A stretch of 63,401 nt of DNA, filler included, from Octopus bimaculoides (lineage: Eukaryota): NCBI RefSeq assembly GCF_001194135.2. It is 7 parts of 6 records of this genome, joined end to end, with 100 filler letters (N's around TTAATTAATTAA, not from the genome) between each part and the next. Parts side by side here need not be neighbours in the genome. Positions count along the whole stretch, not along the records: positions 41,575 to 47,848 come from NC_068997.1; positions 47,949 to 53,134 come from NC_068992.1; positions 53,235 to 57,410 come from NC_068982.1; 4 more parts are not named here. One strand, 5' to 3'. The notes under the pieces were generated by a model. That model did no database searches, was not told the origin of the DNA, and saw nothing but the letters and a program-made list of their open reading frames with translations. Each line of letters starts with the position of its first letter. Within the stretch, counting starts at the first letter, position 1. This document shows, piece after piece, positions 41,475 through 54,826 of this stretch. The translations under genes and the position numbers were made by a program.

Positions 41475-44203
41475 NNNNNNNNNNNNNNNNNNNNNNNNNN
41501 NNNNNNNNNNNNNNNNNNTTAATTAATTAANNNNNNNNNNNNNNNNNNNNNNNNNNNNNNNNNNNNNNNNNNNNCTTCTTCTTCTTCTTCTTCTCCATTT
41601 TCTTCTTCTTCTTCTTCTTCTTCTTCTTCTTCTTCTTCTTCTTCTTCTTCTCCATTTTCTTCTTCTTCTTCTTCTTCTTCTTCTTCTTCTTCTTCTCTTC
41701 CTCCTCCTTCTTCCTCTTTACCCCTTCATCTACTTATTGGTATTGTTATTGGTAGCAGCAGCAGCAGTAACAACTGAAGAAGGAGAAAAGGAAAAAAAAA
41801 ATGATGAAGAAAATAATGGTGATGATATTGGTTATGACGATCATGATGATGTCGATGACGACGACGACGACGACGACGATGATGATGATGTCGATGACGA
41901 CGACGACGACAATGGCTGAAGGCAGTAAGCGATGATACGTAGGCGGCATGTCAACAATTGTTAATTTATTTGGCCTCCAACTCATTAACAGGTTTTTGTC
42001 TGTTGAACTATTGAAGCGAAATTAAACATTTCTCAGTCTGTGACGAATGCAGCGCAACAGGAAGTAGGTTCTTGGTTGAAATGAAGCAACGGTTCAGTTT
42101 CAATTTTTAGCTGCAACTATTGTCTTGGGCTGTTTACTTTTACGTTCATGGAGTGTTGGAATATTGGTCTCACATCTCGGACTGCATCCAACAAAGGGTC
42201 ACCCGGCTGATTGGCTTAAAGTTAGTTTCTAGCTCATATTATTTACTTGCGCATTGCGACGATATTCGCTCGAGGTAGGTTGAACCAGCTCCGACCAAAG
42301 ATTCACTATATCGTATTTGTATACATGTGTATCTATTTATGTGTGTCTTTTTGTCTGTCCCCACCACCCACCATCGCTTCACAACCAATATTGGTGAATT
42401 TACGTCCCAGTACATAGGCGGTTCGGCAAATGAGAACGATAGAATAAGTACTAGACTTACAAAGAATAAGTCCGGGGGTCGATTTCTTCGACTAAAAAAA
42501 CCCTTGATGGCCGTGCTTCAACATGGCCGCATCAAATGGCTGAAACAAGTAAAAAAAACACTGAGATAAAACATCGAACAATTAATTGTACCTATCAGTT
42601 ACAGAACTTTAAGATAAAATACTGGATTAGTTCTACTTTGATTACATTCAAATCTCCAATAATTTATGCTGTAGTTTTCAATGAGGATGCTTCAGGGGCA
42701 GACTGGAGATTAGATAAAAGAAATTAATGGCGCCCGTCATACGGAAATTTATACAAAACAAAAAACAAAAAACAGCCAAAATACTGTATAAAGTATAAAT
42801 TACGATGAACATAAACAAACTTTGGCGCTGGCGTGGCAGTGTAGTAAGACATTTGCTATCCAACCACATTGTTCCGGGTTCAGTCTCACTGCGTGGGACC
42901 TCGAGCGAGTGACTTCTATCATAGCCTCAGGCCGACCAAAGCTTTATGAGTGGATTTGGTTGAGGGAAACTGAAAGAAGCCCGTCGTATATATATATNNN
43001 NNNNNNNNNNNNNNNNNNNNNNNNNNNNNNNNNNNNNNNNNNNNNNNNNNNNNNNNNNNNNNNNNNNNNNNNNNNNNNNNNNNNNNNNNNNNNNNNNNNN
43101 NNNNNNNNNNNNNNNNNNNNNNNNNNNNNNNNNNNNNNNNNNNNNNNNNNNNNNNNNNNNNNNNNNNNNNNNNNNNNNNNNNNNNNNNNNNNNNNNNNNN
43201 NNNNNNNNNNNNNNNNNNNNNNNNNNNNNNNNNNNNNNNNNNNNNNNNNNNNNNNNNNNNNNNNNNNNNNNNNNNNNNNNNNNNNNNNNNNNNNNNNNNN
43301 NNNNNNNNNNNNNNNNNNNNNNNNNNNNNNNNNNNNNNNNNNNNNNNNNNNNNNNNNNNNNNNNNNNNNNNNNNNNNNNNNNNNNNNNNNNNNNNNNNNN
43401 NNNNNNNNNNNNNNNNNNNNNNNNNNNNNNNNNNNNNNNNNNTATATATATATATATATATATATATATTTACAAATATATGTACAATGCTACACATTTA
43501 TGAGGAATGAGGACGAGTCGATTGAATAAACCGTAGTATATTACTGGTATCAGGTTTCGTATTCAGGATTCGAAAATACTTCAACCCATTATAGGACGTG
43601 CAAACTAGGTAGCTTCTACGCGGTCACACAACCGGCTAGAAACAGCAACTAAATTTTTCCTAGAATCATATAATGTGTTCTGGTTGCAAACAGAAAGACA
43701 ATTTGGTCACGGTTGTAGAGTTGTCATACATAGGTTTGCTCGATCAGCATCATCAACGTCATCACCAATAACAACCATAATAACAACATCAACAACAATT
43801 GTAGCATCATCATCGTCATCAACAACGACTACAATAACAACAACGTTGTCTTTTTTCTGTGATTAATAAAAACAACCAAAAAGAAAATCGAAATCAATAT
43901 GTCACTAAATTTCTCCAAATTCTTCTCCAACCAATTCCACTTTATTTACATTAGCAACACATCAATACTGCTTCGGTAAATGCTACTGGATGTTCAGCTT
44001 GTTTAATCAATCTAATCGAATTGGATCTCTGCAACTACAGTAGACTTGTGGAATTTTGCGTTGTCAAGAGAGAATATAGTAATATTACGGCACTTTGATC
44101 CGAGATAACTTAGAACTCATTTGTCGCTTCTACGCATTTCAGCGACCCTGGCTCATATTACAATGAAGTACATATTCTTTCTTAATGTTTTCCGGCAGAT
44201 TCG

Positions 44204-44460
44204 AACGTGAATGTACTAATCGCTGTCGTGTTTTGTCTACAGATACCAGCTTCTCCTTTCTGACAATGTGTGTTCACAATTCATTCGATATTCAATGATT
44301 CAGTAGGTACCTTTGACTGAGGAGACATAACCAGGTCTATAAACTGCAGTATCTCAAAGTCCCTTTACACAATTGCCTCTCGGATATGTTGTGAACATAC
44401 ATTGTCTGAAAGAGGTTGTTATCCCCAGACACCATACAACTGCGATTAGCGTACTCACGT
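44204..44460. mobile_element. Old MITE-like element with imperfect inverted termini of about 85 bp
   Basis: Left acgtgaatgtactaatcgc..tttctgacaatgtgtgttcacaa versus the reverse complement of the right end, acgtgagtacgctaatcgc..tttcagacaatgtatgttcacaa. Confidence 0.55.
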
Positions 44461-44730
44461 TTAAATATACTAATCGTTATTGTATTTTGCCAACAGAGAG
44501 CAACTTTCAGATGAATCCATTAAAGTAACGAGACTTTTGACATCCCGTTGTTTTGACATCGTTGTCTCTCTTTAGTCAAAGATATCCAGGAGTAACGAAT
44601 CTATAAGAGTTTGTAGGTCTTCATTATAACTTCACTAAACAAACTATTTGCTGATATTTGCTAACTGATAATAAATCGTCCAATGCATCATAACCAATAA
44701 GAGTCAGAACAATGACTGAGATATGCCCAC

Positions 44731-45030
44731 GGGCATATGGCGTAGTGTTTAAGAGCGCGGGCTACTAACACCAAGATTTTTAGTTCGATTCCAGGCAGTG
44801 ACCTGAATAATAATAATAATAATAATGATAGTAATAATGATAATAATAATAATAACATCGATAAATACCCTAGGAATGAGAACCCATGTTTGAAATTTCC
44901 CCGAGACACCTGATGAAGGCTGGAGAGTATATCAGCCGAAACGTTGTGTTAACAACAAACAAGATGAGGACAAATATCCGTCAAATGTAAATAATGTATA
45001 TAATTCCTCATCTCTTAAATATAGAACTGG
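44731..45030 (+). mobile_element. tRNA-headed short retroelement: Pol III head, (AAT)n, hammerhead, AT-rich tail
   Basis: A-box-like TGGCGTAGTGT (44738), B-box-like AGTTCGATTCC (44782-44792), (AAT)n at about 44796-44855, then the hammerhead. The 3' boundary is approximate. Confidence 0.6.
44905..44950 (+). ncRNA. Minimal type I hammerhead ribozyme (family 1)
   Basis: Stem I GACAC/GUGUU; core CUGAUGA plus one extra A; stem II GGCUG/CAGCC; GAAA; loopless palindromic stem III (A)ACGU(U); GUU triplet with predicted cleavage after 44945. Confidence 0.8.
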
Positions 45031-46336
45031 ACTCACATAGTGGTTCAAATCTTGGTACAAGCCAGCAATTTCAGAAGTCTTTAGATTAAGCGATAGAAGG
45101 TACAAAGAGTAGCGCTCCTTTGCTATGGATAAAGTGACATTTCTTGTCGATGGTGCAGTATCTTTAGATCTAGAGATAGAGGACAAATAGTGCAGAGCTT
45201 ATTTCTTAATAGAGTAAATCACAGTTCTTGTTGAAACAATTTATTTCTTATCAATGAAAGTGCGTACGCTTGATACAAAGAGAGCATTTACTTTTTCCAC
45301 TTGCGGTACACTTACATTCTTTTCAAAATTAGGCGGCACTCCTGAAGTAAAAATATAACTCAAAGTATAGGGAAAAAATTATATTCAGTTTACACTGCGG
45401 CACACTTAGCTTCGTCTCGTGGCACACTAGAATACTGCAACATACCAGTTGCGGAGCCCTGTTATATATCACGGAACAGATACGCATCTCAGGTAACTAT
45501 CGCATTTTTTCATACATACACTTATATACTCACTTAAATATACTCACATAAAGTTATATATTCACTTCGTTGCTGCTCTCTGTTTCCCGTTGACGACACG
45601 TACCTGAATGTGATTCAGAACTTCAAATAAACACAAAAGGAAGCTCGAAGTGACCCCGTTGTAGAAGCTCAGTTCGAATAAATGCATGAAACCTTCACAC
45701 AATTTCATTATATTTTTCTTTTTAATTCGTGTAATCAGCTAAAATTTTATGTATACTTTTCCCATTTATCTGTAATTTGTGAAGATCATTCGACTACGGT
45801 CATGCTGGGGCATCACGTTAAACAGTTTAGTCGAACATATCGACACGGGTACTTATTCACGTTTAAGTCATTTACGCATTCTAGAGGTCTCTTTTGCCGA
45901 ACAGCTAATTTACGGGAACACAAACAATGGAACACAGGTTACCAAGTAGTGGTGGTGGTGATGGTGGTAGTGGGAACAAACACAAACAATCACACACACA
46001 CAAACACACACACACACACACACGCACACATACATCTATATACGACGGGCTTCTTTCAGTTTCTGTCTACCAAATTCACTCACAATACGTTGGCTGGCCC
46101 AGGGCAAGATTAGAAGTCACTCAACCAAACAAGTACGTAGTCGGATGGAACTCGAAAACTTGTAATCATAAAGCAACCCCAGGACTTATTCTTTGTAAGC
46201 CTAGTATTTATTCTATCGGTCTCTAAGTTAAGGGGATGTAAACACAACATCGGTTGCCAAGCGAAGGTGGGATGACAAACACAGACACACAACTACATAC
46301 ATGCATACATACATACATACATACATACATACACAC

Positions 46337-46373
<37 letters not shown>

Positions 46374-47948
46374 CATACATACATACGTACATACATATAT
46401 ATATATATATATATNNNNNNNNNNNNNNNNNNNNNNNNNNNNNNNNNNNNNNNNNNNNNNNNNNNNNNNNNNNNNNNNNNNNNNNNNNNNNNNNNNNNNN
46501 NNNNNNNNNNNNNNNNNNNNNNNNNNNNNNNNNNNNNNNNNNNNNNNNNNNNNNNNNNNNNNNNNNNNNNNNNNNNNNNNNNNNNNNNNNNNNNNNNNNN
46601 NNNNNNNNNNNNNNNNNNNNNNNNNNNNNNNNNNNNNNNNNNNNNNNNNNNNNNNNNNNNNNNNNNNNNNNNNNNNNNNNNNNNNNNNNNNNNNNNNNNN
46701 NNNNNNNNNNNNNNNNNNNNNNNNNNNNNNNNNNNNNNNNNNNNNNNNNNNNNNNNNNNNNNNNNNNNNNNNNNNNNNNNNNNNNNNNNNNNNNNNNNNN
46801 NNNNNNNNNNNNNNNNNNNNNNNNNNNNNNNNNNNNNNNNNNNNNNNNNNTGTGTGTGTGGGGGGGGGGCGTGTAGCGCGTATACATCTAGATATCCATC
46901 CATTTCTCCGTCCATAAACGTCTGTGCAGATAGATATAGAAAAATACAGACAAGCATATAAATAGATAGATACAAATAGATGAATATAAATAGAGATTAA
47001 CAGATAAATATAGACAGATCTAGATAATTAGATCCTTTGTTGTATGCATACATAGTTTAGCAGGCCCTTTTTGTTCAGTTAATTAGTATAGCCCACGAAT
47101 AAGTGGATGGCACGAAAACCTCGATAAATCTACTTCAACATCGTTACTAGAAACGTCTGTTAGAACAGCACGGCTATTCTGGAGAAAATGGCCAGCGTTT
47201 ATACGGTGAGGGTCGGTTAATTCTGCAAGCTCCTCTAATCCTATTATCTTCGGTCTGTACTGGTAATTCCTTATCCAAGATTTCATGTGAATGGGGATCG
47301 AGTACAATCGAAATATGAACTCATGTGGAATGTTTCGCCAACCATTTAAGAAACATAGCGATATATTGATTCTCATCGTCTGCTTTCTTCCAATTAACGT
47401 ATCTTGCTACTAAAGAGAAAAATGGAGAAAAAAAGCAAAGAAAAAATGAAGGAAAATAAAGAATATAGTTATGTTTAAATAATATCCTAGTTCTTTCAAA
47501 TGAAGGTTTATTAGTCTGTAATTTGGCCCAATACATTCAATTTGTAAGGGAAGCTATTATCCTAACCATCACGTAGAATGAAGGCTCGTAGTAAGGACAA
47601 TGTTCTAAATACAGGAGACGTGTTTTGTGTTTTAGTGAGGTTTCTTTAAAGCAAATGGCTGGAATAGATGTATGCATGAGTAATGTGTGTTTCGTATGTG
47701 TAAATCTTCAGATGTAAATGTGTATCTGTGGATGTGAATATGTGTCTCTAGGATTATCTATGTCTAAATATTTGTTTGTTTATCTATCAGTATGTCTGTC
47801 CGTCTGTCTGTCCGTCTGTCTGTCCGTCTGTCTGTCCGTCTGTCTGTCNNNNNNNNNNNNNNNNNNNNNNNNNNNNNNNNNNNNNNNNNNNNTTAATTAA
47901 TTAANNNNNNNNNNNNNNNNNNNNNNNNNNNNNNNNNNNNNNNNNNNN

Positions 47949-47983
<35 letters not shown>

Positions 47984-48102
47984 TATACACATAAAAGTAT
48001 ATACACCCACACACATATATGCACACAAATTATATATACATGCGTAAACGCATGAAAGGGCGTATGTATGCATAAGTAGTGTGTGTGTGTGTATGCATGT
48101 AT

Positions 48103-48169
<67 letters not shown>

Positions 48170-48344
48170 CACTCACACGCAAAGATGTGTACTTGCTAAC
48201 ACAGACATATAGATACATATACATATAGACACACGTATACAGATATTTACAAATACGCGAACATATGCGCGGTTGCCAGCAGATACACCCACACAAACAC
48301 ACACAAACTCATACAGGTACGACTGTATGGTAAGAAGTTTGCTT

Positions 48345-50150
48345 CCCAACACATTATGGACCACTGTTTTATTGAATGCAGAGAGTGAGTTCTGAGGTCC
48401 AAATTTTCTTTATTCGGCTGTAATTCTCTTTAGTGATACGTGTTTTTTGTTACAGGTGCCATTGCAAGATATATTTCCATCAACCCCTAGATACCTGTAA
48501 TAGTCCTCTCAGATACGGGAAAACAGTCAAATCATTGATGGAGATGTTACTAGTCTGGTTTATAGTTTTCTCCCTTTTCACAACCATGTAACAACATTTA
48601 TCCTGACCAAACGCCAAACCTACATCCTTAGATAATGTTGTAACTAGGTCAAGGCTCCGTTTCGTCTCATCCATATTCTTTGCATAAAGTTTTAAGTTAT
48701 CCACAAAGAAACAGTTCGTAATTTTGGTAGTTCTGTTTCCTTGTGAACCTTCTTAACATAAATGACAAGGGGTTTACAGAAGGTATAATCAACATCTCAG
48801 AGAGGCTGTCTCCTTGGAATATGCCTTTGCAATACTGTATTCTATCGGTGATAATACAGTCACTCTTTGTGTTTAAATTCAAGATGGTGGCCCACGATGA
48901 AGTCAGGTCAGTTATGGCTTTGATTATGCTCGCTGGAACTTTAGCAAGCTGAAGGGCTCCTAGCATCCATGAGTGGGTGAAGAGAGTCAAAGGCTTTCTT
49001 GTAGTCTAGCCACACTGAAACTAGATTCCTCCTATGCTCTCCCACCTCTGACATCACAGTTTTGTTGATTAACAATTGCTCGGCACATCCCCAGACTCCC
49101 TTCATCCCAGCTGCTTGTTCTGCTGTGGTGGTATTAATGGTTTCACAATGGTCTTGGAGGAAGCGGTTTAAACGTGCTGTATATATCTTATACATTAAGT
49201 TCTGCCATGCAATTAGCCAGTAAATTTTGCAATATGGGTGGTTCTGCAGTTGGGTCTCAATTTTGTCTCTGCCAGAGTTAACCAGTGTGGTATACTACTT
49301 TTCCCAATGAAAGCTTGCTGGTACAGATTGATAAGATATGGTGGTTAGAATGTTAGCGTCATGTATCAATATCCAACAATCAAGTCTCTTCCAGGTTCTT
49401 TTCCATCCTGGAGTTTCTGGATCACAGTTGCAAGAGTTTCACCATCAATGTTGAATGTCTTGGATGTAACGCAGGAGCAATAACTTTTCCGGATTTCTTC
49501 CAGCCACAGAACATCTTTGTTAAACTCCTCTTCATTCCAGATTTTCCTTCAGACGAAGTCTATGTCTTCTCGTGACGGAGTTTCCGTGATGCTTACTGCT
49601 CTTCCTCTCAAATCTCTGTATACTGCTGCCTGGTTGCGGTTCAATTTTTTGTTTATTGTTCTTCTCTCAGTTATTCTCTTCTGATGTCGGAGTTTTTCAC
49701 TGACAGCTTTTAGCTCCTGCTTGAAGGTAATCAGTTTGTAAGTAAGTGTCCCCTTTTTGCAGTCTCCAAACTTCATTTCTATCTCCTTCTTTACTTTCTG
49801 TTTGTGGGGTGTATAGTGATTTGCTTATTTGCATGCAATAAGCATCATTACATCACTGCTGGCCTTCCGTAAACCAGTTATTTTTTTCTGTCTTCAAAAC
49901 CCATGATGTTACTTCGGTTTTGTTTAGTTTTGAATATCATTCATGTACTGTTTTACAGTAGTAGCCAGTGCATTTAGACAGGCGTTAATCTGCCAGTATG
50001 TGGGTTCATTACACTTGTAAATACTCATCACCAATTTCGTTAACAGCTTTTAATACCGTATCTGGTGTTTTTTACTTACTTCGGTAGAGAATACTCTCTC
50101 CTCGAGAGAGTCCTTCCAAGCCAAAGTTATTTTTTCTCCGAAAATTTCAG
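48345..50150 (-). mobile_element. R4/Dong-like LINE, N-terminal and reverse transcriptase part (pseudogenised)
   Basis: MYKIYTARL, EQLLINKTV, WLDYKKAFDS, GIFQGDSLS, (V)DNLKLYAK, YYRYLG, NKTVVHN across frameshifts. Confidence 0.85.
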
Positions 50151-50864
50151 TAAGGGCACATTTCACCGGCATATGTATGTATGTATGTTTGTATGTATGT
50201 ATGTATGTATGTACGTATGTATAAATGTGTGCATGTCTTTGTTTTTGCTTTAGTTCCTCTTTCAGACTTGACAACTGGTATGCGTTTACGTCCCCGGAAG
50301 CCATCTCACCGAAGATATCAAGATACACGTGATATACAGTAGCAATCCCGTTGCAGCAATTGCTAGGCAAGAAGGCAAAAGGACAAAATATTTTGCAAAT
50401 CATAACCTGAAATCTGGGAATAATCAGCAAAACGCAGTGGAAAATAGACTTGGCCCTCGGAAGCGGAGCACCTTTGTTCATAAGTTTGCCTAATCAGAGC
50501 TGAAACTTGGTAACAACAAAATAACAACAGCATCTACATAAACCAGTATAGAAAAGAATTAATCTAATAAACGTTTGCAACAAAACAAGGAAAAATTACT
50601 TTCATGTCTTCTCACTTCACAAATACATCCACACACGCGCTCTCTTCTAACAAAATGATTTCATTTTTAATCAAGTGTCAATACTGCATTACATGAAATG
50701 TCTACTATTCGCAATATAGAATCAAACATATTTTCTCAATTTTTTTTTTCAAGCTTCCGTAATTAGTGTCCTGTATAAATAAATTAGAGAAAATTGTCGT
50801 TACATCTATGGCGGGCGAATTCAGGACTGAGACTGAATTATAATATTAGTCTACACATACATCC

Positions 50865-50915
<51 letters not shown>

Positions 50916-51004
50916 NNNNNNNNNNACATATATATGTCAACATAAATGTATATATATAATTGTGTACATGTATGTATATATATATATGTGTGTGTATGTG
51001 TATA

Positions 51005-51196
51005 GACGCAGTGATGGCTGTTTGATAAGAAGCTTGCTTCCCAACCACAAGGTTCCGGGTTCAGTCCCACTGCGTGGCTCCTTCGGCAAGGGTCTTCTAC
51101 AATAGCCTCGGGCCGACGGAGGCTTTGTGAGTGGATTTGGTAGACGGAAACTGAAAGAAGCCCGTCATGTGTGTGTGCTTGTGTGTGTGTGCTTGT

Positions 51197-51262
<66 letters not shown>

Positions 51263-51450
51263 ATTGCCCACCATCGCTTGACAAACGATGTTGGTGAGTT
51301 TACGCCCTCATAATGTAGCGGTCCGGCAAACGTGTCCGATAGAACATATACTAGGCTTACAAAGCATAAGTCCTGGGGTCGATTTGTTCGACTAAAAGGT
51401 GGTGCACCAGCATGGCCGCAGTCAAATGACTGAAACAAATAAAAGAATAA
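51005..51450 (+). mobile_element. SINE family B (tRNA head plus CORE-like segment), near full length
   Basis: Head ..GGTTCCGGGTTCAGTCCCACTGCGTGG..GGCAAG, internal (TG)n, tail ..CCAGCATGGCCGCAGTCAAATGACTGAAACAA. Other copies or halves at about 5120, 20920, 21985, 24940-25355, 29195, 33990, 34966, 38340, 42330, 42825, 45795, 46170, 51490, 52400, 55880. Confidence 0.85.
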
Positions 51451-51586
51451 AAGAATATGTATGTTGGTAGGTATAGGAGAGACTGTGTGCTTGCTTCCCA
51501 ACCACATGGTTCCGGGTTCAGTCCCACTATGCGGCAACTTGGGCAAGAGTCGTGTGTGTGTAATATATATATATACTCATACACAC

Positions 51587-51659
<73 letters not shown>

Positions 51660-52662
51660 CGCTTATGCATATATGCCTGGTTCAGTAAAATCCTTTTCTA
51701 CTCTAGGCACAAGGCCCGAAATTTAAGGGGAGGAGACCATTCGATTAGATCGACCCCAGTACGCAACTGGTACTTAATTTTTCGACCCCCGAAAGGATGA
51801 AAGGCAAAGTCGACCTCGGCAGAATCTGAACACAGAACGTAAAGTCAGACGAAATGCCGCTAAGCATTTCGCCCGGCGTGCTAACGGTTCTGCCAGCTCG
51901 CCGCCTTGGTTCAGTAAAAAATTCTGAATAACCCGTATGTCAACCACATGAATGCTGAAGCGTTCGTTCGTCTTTAGGGCCAACTAGGGGGTTGTCGCCT
52001 TCGCCATTCTCGCTTCCTTCGCCCTTACCATCATCGCCGTCGTTGTATTAGAGGTCGGCGTAGCGGAGCAAAAGGCTGCAAATCATCTCACTGTGCTAAA
52101 CCGAAATAAAAAAAGAACAAAAAAAAGAAGAAGGGATGTGGAGTGAAATATAAATATCGTTTACATCTGTAAAAATAATCAGAGCGAAGTGAAGGAGTAT
52201 TATCATGTTTTGTTAACAAAACATTAGTTAATGGAAGGTTGAATCGCGCATACAGTAATGTGTACTCGTATGCGCCAGTATGTGTGCGTGTATGCGCGCG
52301 TGTGTGTGCGTGTGTGTTTGTGTATACGGGTGAGTGTGTGTGAGTGTGTACAGGTAGGTAGACGCGAAGCAAGATTTACGCAAGTATATGTGCGTGTGTG
52401 TTATTTTAGTCTTTTACTTGTTTCAGACATTTGACTGTGGCCATGTTGGAGCACCGCCTTTGGACGACCCCAGGGCTTATTCTTCGTAAGCCTAGTAGTT
52501 AATCTATCAATCTCTTATGCCGAAGCGCTAGGTGACGGAGACGTAATTACACCAACATCGGTTGTCAAGCGATGGTGGGGGAACAAAAACAGGCACACAA
52601 ACATATACATATATATAGATAGATAGATCGATAGATAGATAGATANNNNNNNNNNAATTGTA

Positions 52663-52708
<46 letters not shown>

Positions 52709-52786
52709 ACATATTTATATATATATATACATATATATAGATAGATAGATCGATAGATAGATAGATAAATAGATAGTGATAGATAA

Positions 52787-52833
<47 letters not shown>

Positions 52834-53091
52834 TGTATGTATGTATGTACATATTGATAGAGAGATATATATAGATGCGTATACACATACATAAACATTC
52901 ATATACGTATATATATTTTTTAGATATATATACACATATATAACCGCACACGCACACGCACACACATATATATATGTGTGTATATATGTAAGTATACACA
53001 AAACTATGTATACATCTGTATATGTGTGTGTGAGCGTGTGTGTGTGCGCGTAAATTGTATGTACTGCATGTATATATGTATACATGTATGC

Positions 53092-53134
<43 letters not shown>

Positions 53135-53419
53135 NNNNNNNNNNNNNNNNNNNNNNNNNNNNNNNNNNNNNNNNNNNNTTAATTAATTAANNNNNNNNNN
53201 NNNNNNNNNNNNNNNNNNNNNNNNNNNNNNNNNNTATATATATATATATATATATATATGCATATATATGCGTATAGGCATACATATATGTACATACGTA
53301 CATATACATGTATATAGATATGCATATATAGGTACAGGACATCACAAAACGTTAACAACATGAAATACGAAAATAAAGTTGGGTATGCAAGCAAGATAAG
53401 TAACATAAAAAACGACCCT

Positions 53420-53885
53420 TCATCACTTATCGACTGTCCTTCTACTCCTTATTTCGAGCACTGGACGACAATATAAAACTGTGAAGGCAGTTGCTCCCGC
53501 GAACTAAAATAAAATTTGCGATTTGCTGAGGGTCAAAGTTGGTTACAAAAACAGGACAGTGGAGACATAGAAGGAAACCGAACGAAAACAAACATGGAGG
53601 GTCAGTAGACCAGACGAGGTAAACTAGTGAACATTGGAGAAATGTCTTTGACAAGAGAAAAGATAGAAGAGGAGATAGACAGAAATACATGCAGTCTGTA
53701 CGACATCACTGAAGGTAAAAAATGATCACGTGAGGAAAAGAAAGATGGGCGATGGTCACGTGTGACCAACGAGAGAGAGTAAAGGAGGAAGAGGGAGAGA
53801 GAGAGACAGATAGAAAATAGTGAAGGGGAGAAAAAAAGTATTAGGGAAGGGATGAGAGAGAAAACGAAAGGAGGGAAGAGTGAGT

Positions 53886-53949
<64 letters not shown>

Positions 53950-54062
53950 TCTTCTATATTTCCTCTTGTTAAAGCTAATACTTCTCCAGCGTTCACTACT
54001 TTACCTTGTCTGGTCTACCGACCTTCCATGTTTGTTTCCGTTCGGTTTCCTTGTATGTCTCC
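53420..54062. repeat. Dispersed repeat with a local inverted copy (about 53565-53690 vs 53950-54062); a third copy lies at about 61830-62030 in the LRR intron
   Basis: Shared motif ccatgtttgttt(t/c)cgttcggtttcctt..tgtctcca in all three places. Confidence 0.6.
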
Positions 54063-54496
54063 AAATGTAGCGATATAACGCAATTGGATATACNNNNNNN
54101 NNNNNNNNNNNNNNNNNNNNNNNNNNNNNNNNNNNNNNNNNNNNNNNNNNNNNNNNNNNNNNNNNNNNNNNNNNNNNNNNNNNNNNNNNNNNNNNNNNNN
54201 NNNNNNNNNNNNNNNNNNNNNNNNNNNNNNNNNNNNNNNNNNNNNNNNNNNNNNNNNNNNNNNNNNNNNNNNNNNNNNNNNNNNNNNNNNNNNNNNNNNN
54301 NNNNNNNNNNNNNNNNNNNNNNNNNNNNNNNNNNNNNNNNNNNNNNNNNNNNNNNNNNNNNNNNNNNNNNNNNNNNNNNNNNNNNNNNNNNNNNNNNNNN
54401 NNNNNNNNNNNNNNNNNNNNNNNNNNNNNNNNNNNNNNNNNNNNNNNNNNNNNNNNNNNNNNNNNNNNNNNNNNNNNNNNNNNNNNNNNNNNNNNN

Positions 54497-54826
54497 CGTA
54501 ACTGGTACTTAAATTATCGACCCCGAAAGGATGAAAGGCAAAGTCGACCTCGGTGGAATTTGAACTCAGAACGTAAAGACAGACGAAATACCTATTTCGT
54601 TATTGCCCACAAGGGGCTAAACATAGAGGGAACAAACAAGAACAGACGAACGGATTAAGTCGATTACATCGACCTCCAGTGCGTAACTGGTACTTAAATT
54701 ATCGACCCCGAAAGGATGAAAGGCAAAGTCGACCTCGGTGAAATTTGAACTCAGAACGTAAAGACAGACGAAATACCGCTAGGCTTTTCGTTCGGCGTCC
54801 TAACGTTTCTGCTATCTCGCCGCCTT
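54497..54826 (-). mobile_element. SINE family A head-to-tail dimer
   Basis: A block of about 95 bp (cgtaactggtacttaaattatcgaccccgaaagg...gacagacgaaatac) is repeated almost identically at 54497 and 54682. Confidence 0.8.
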
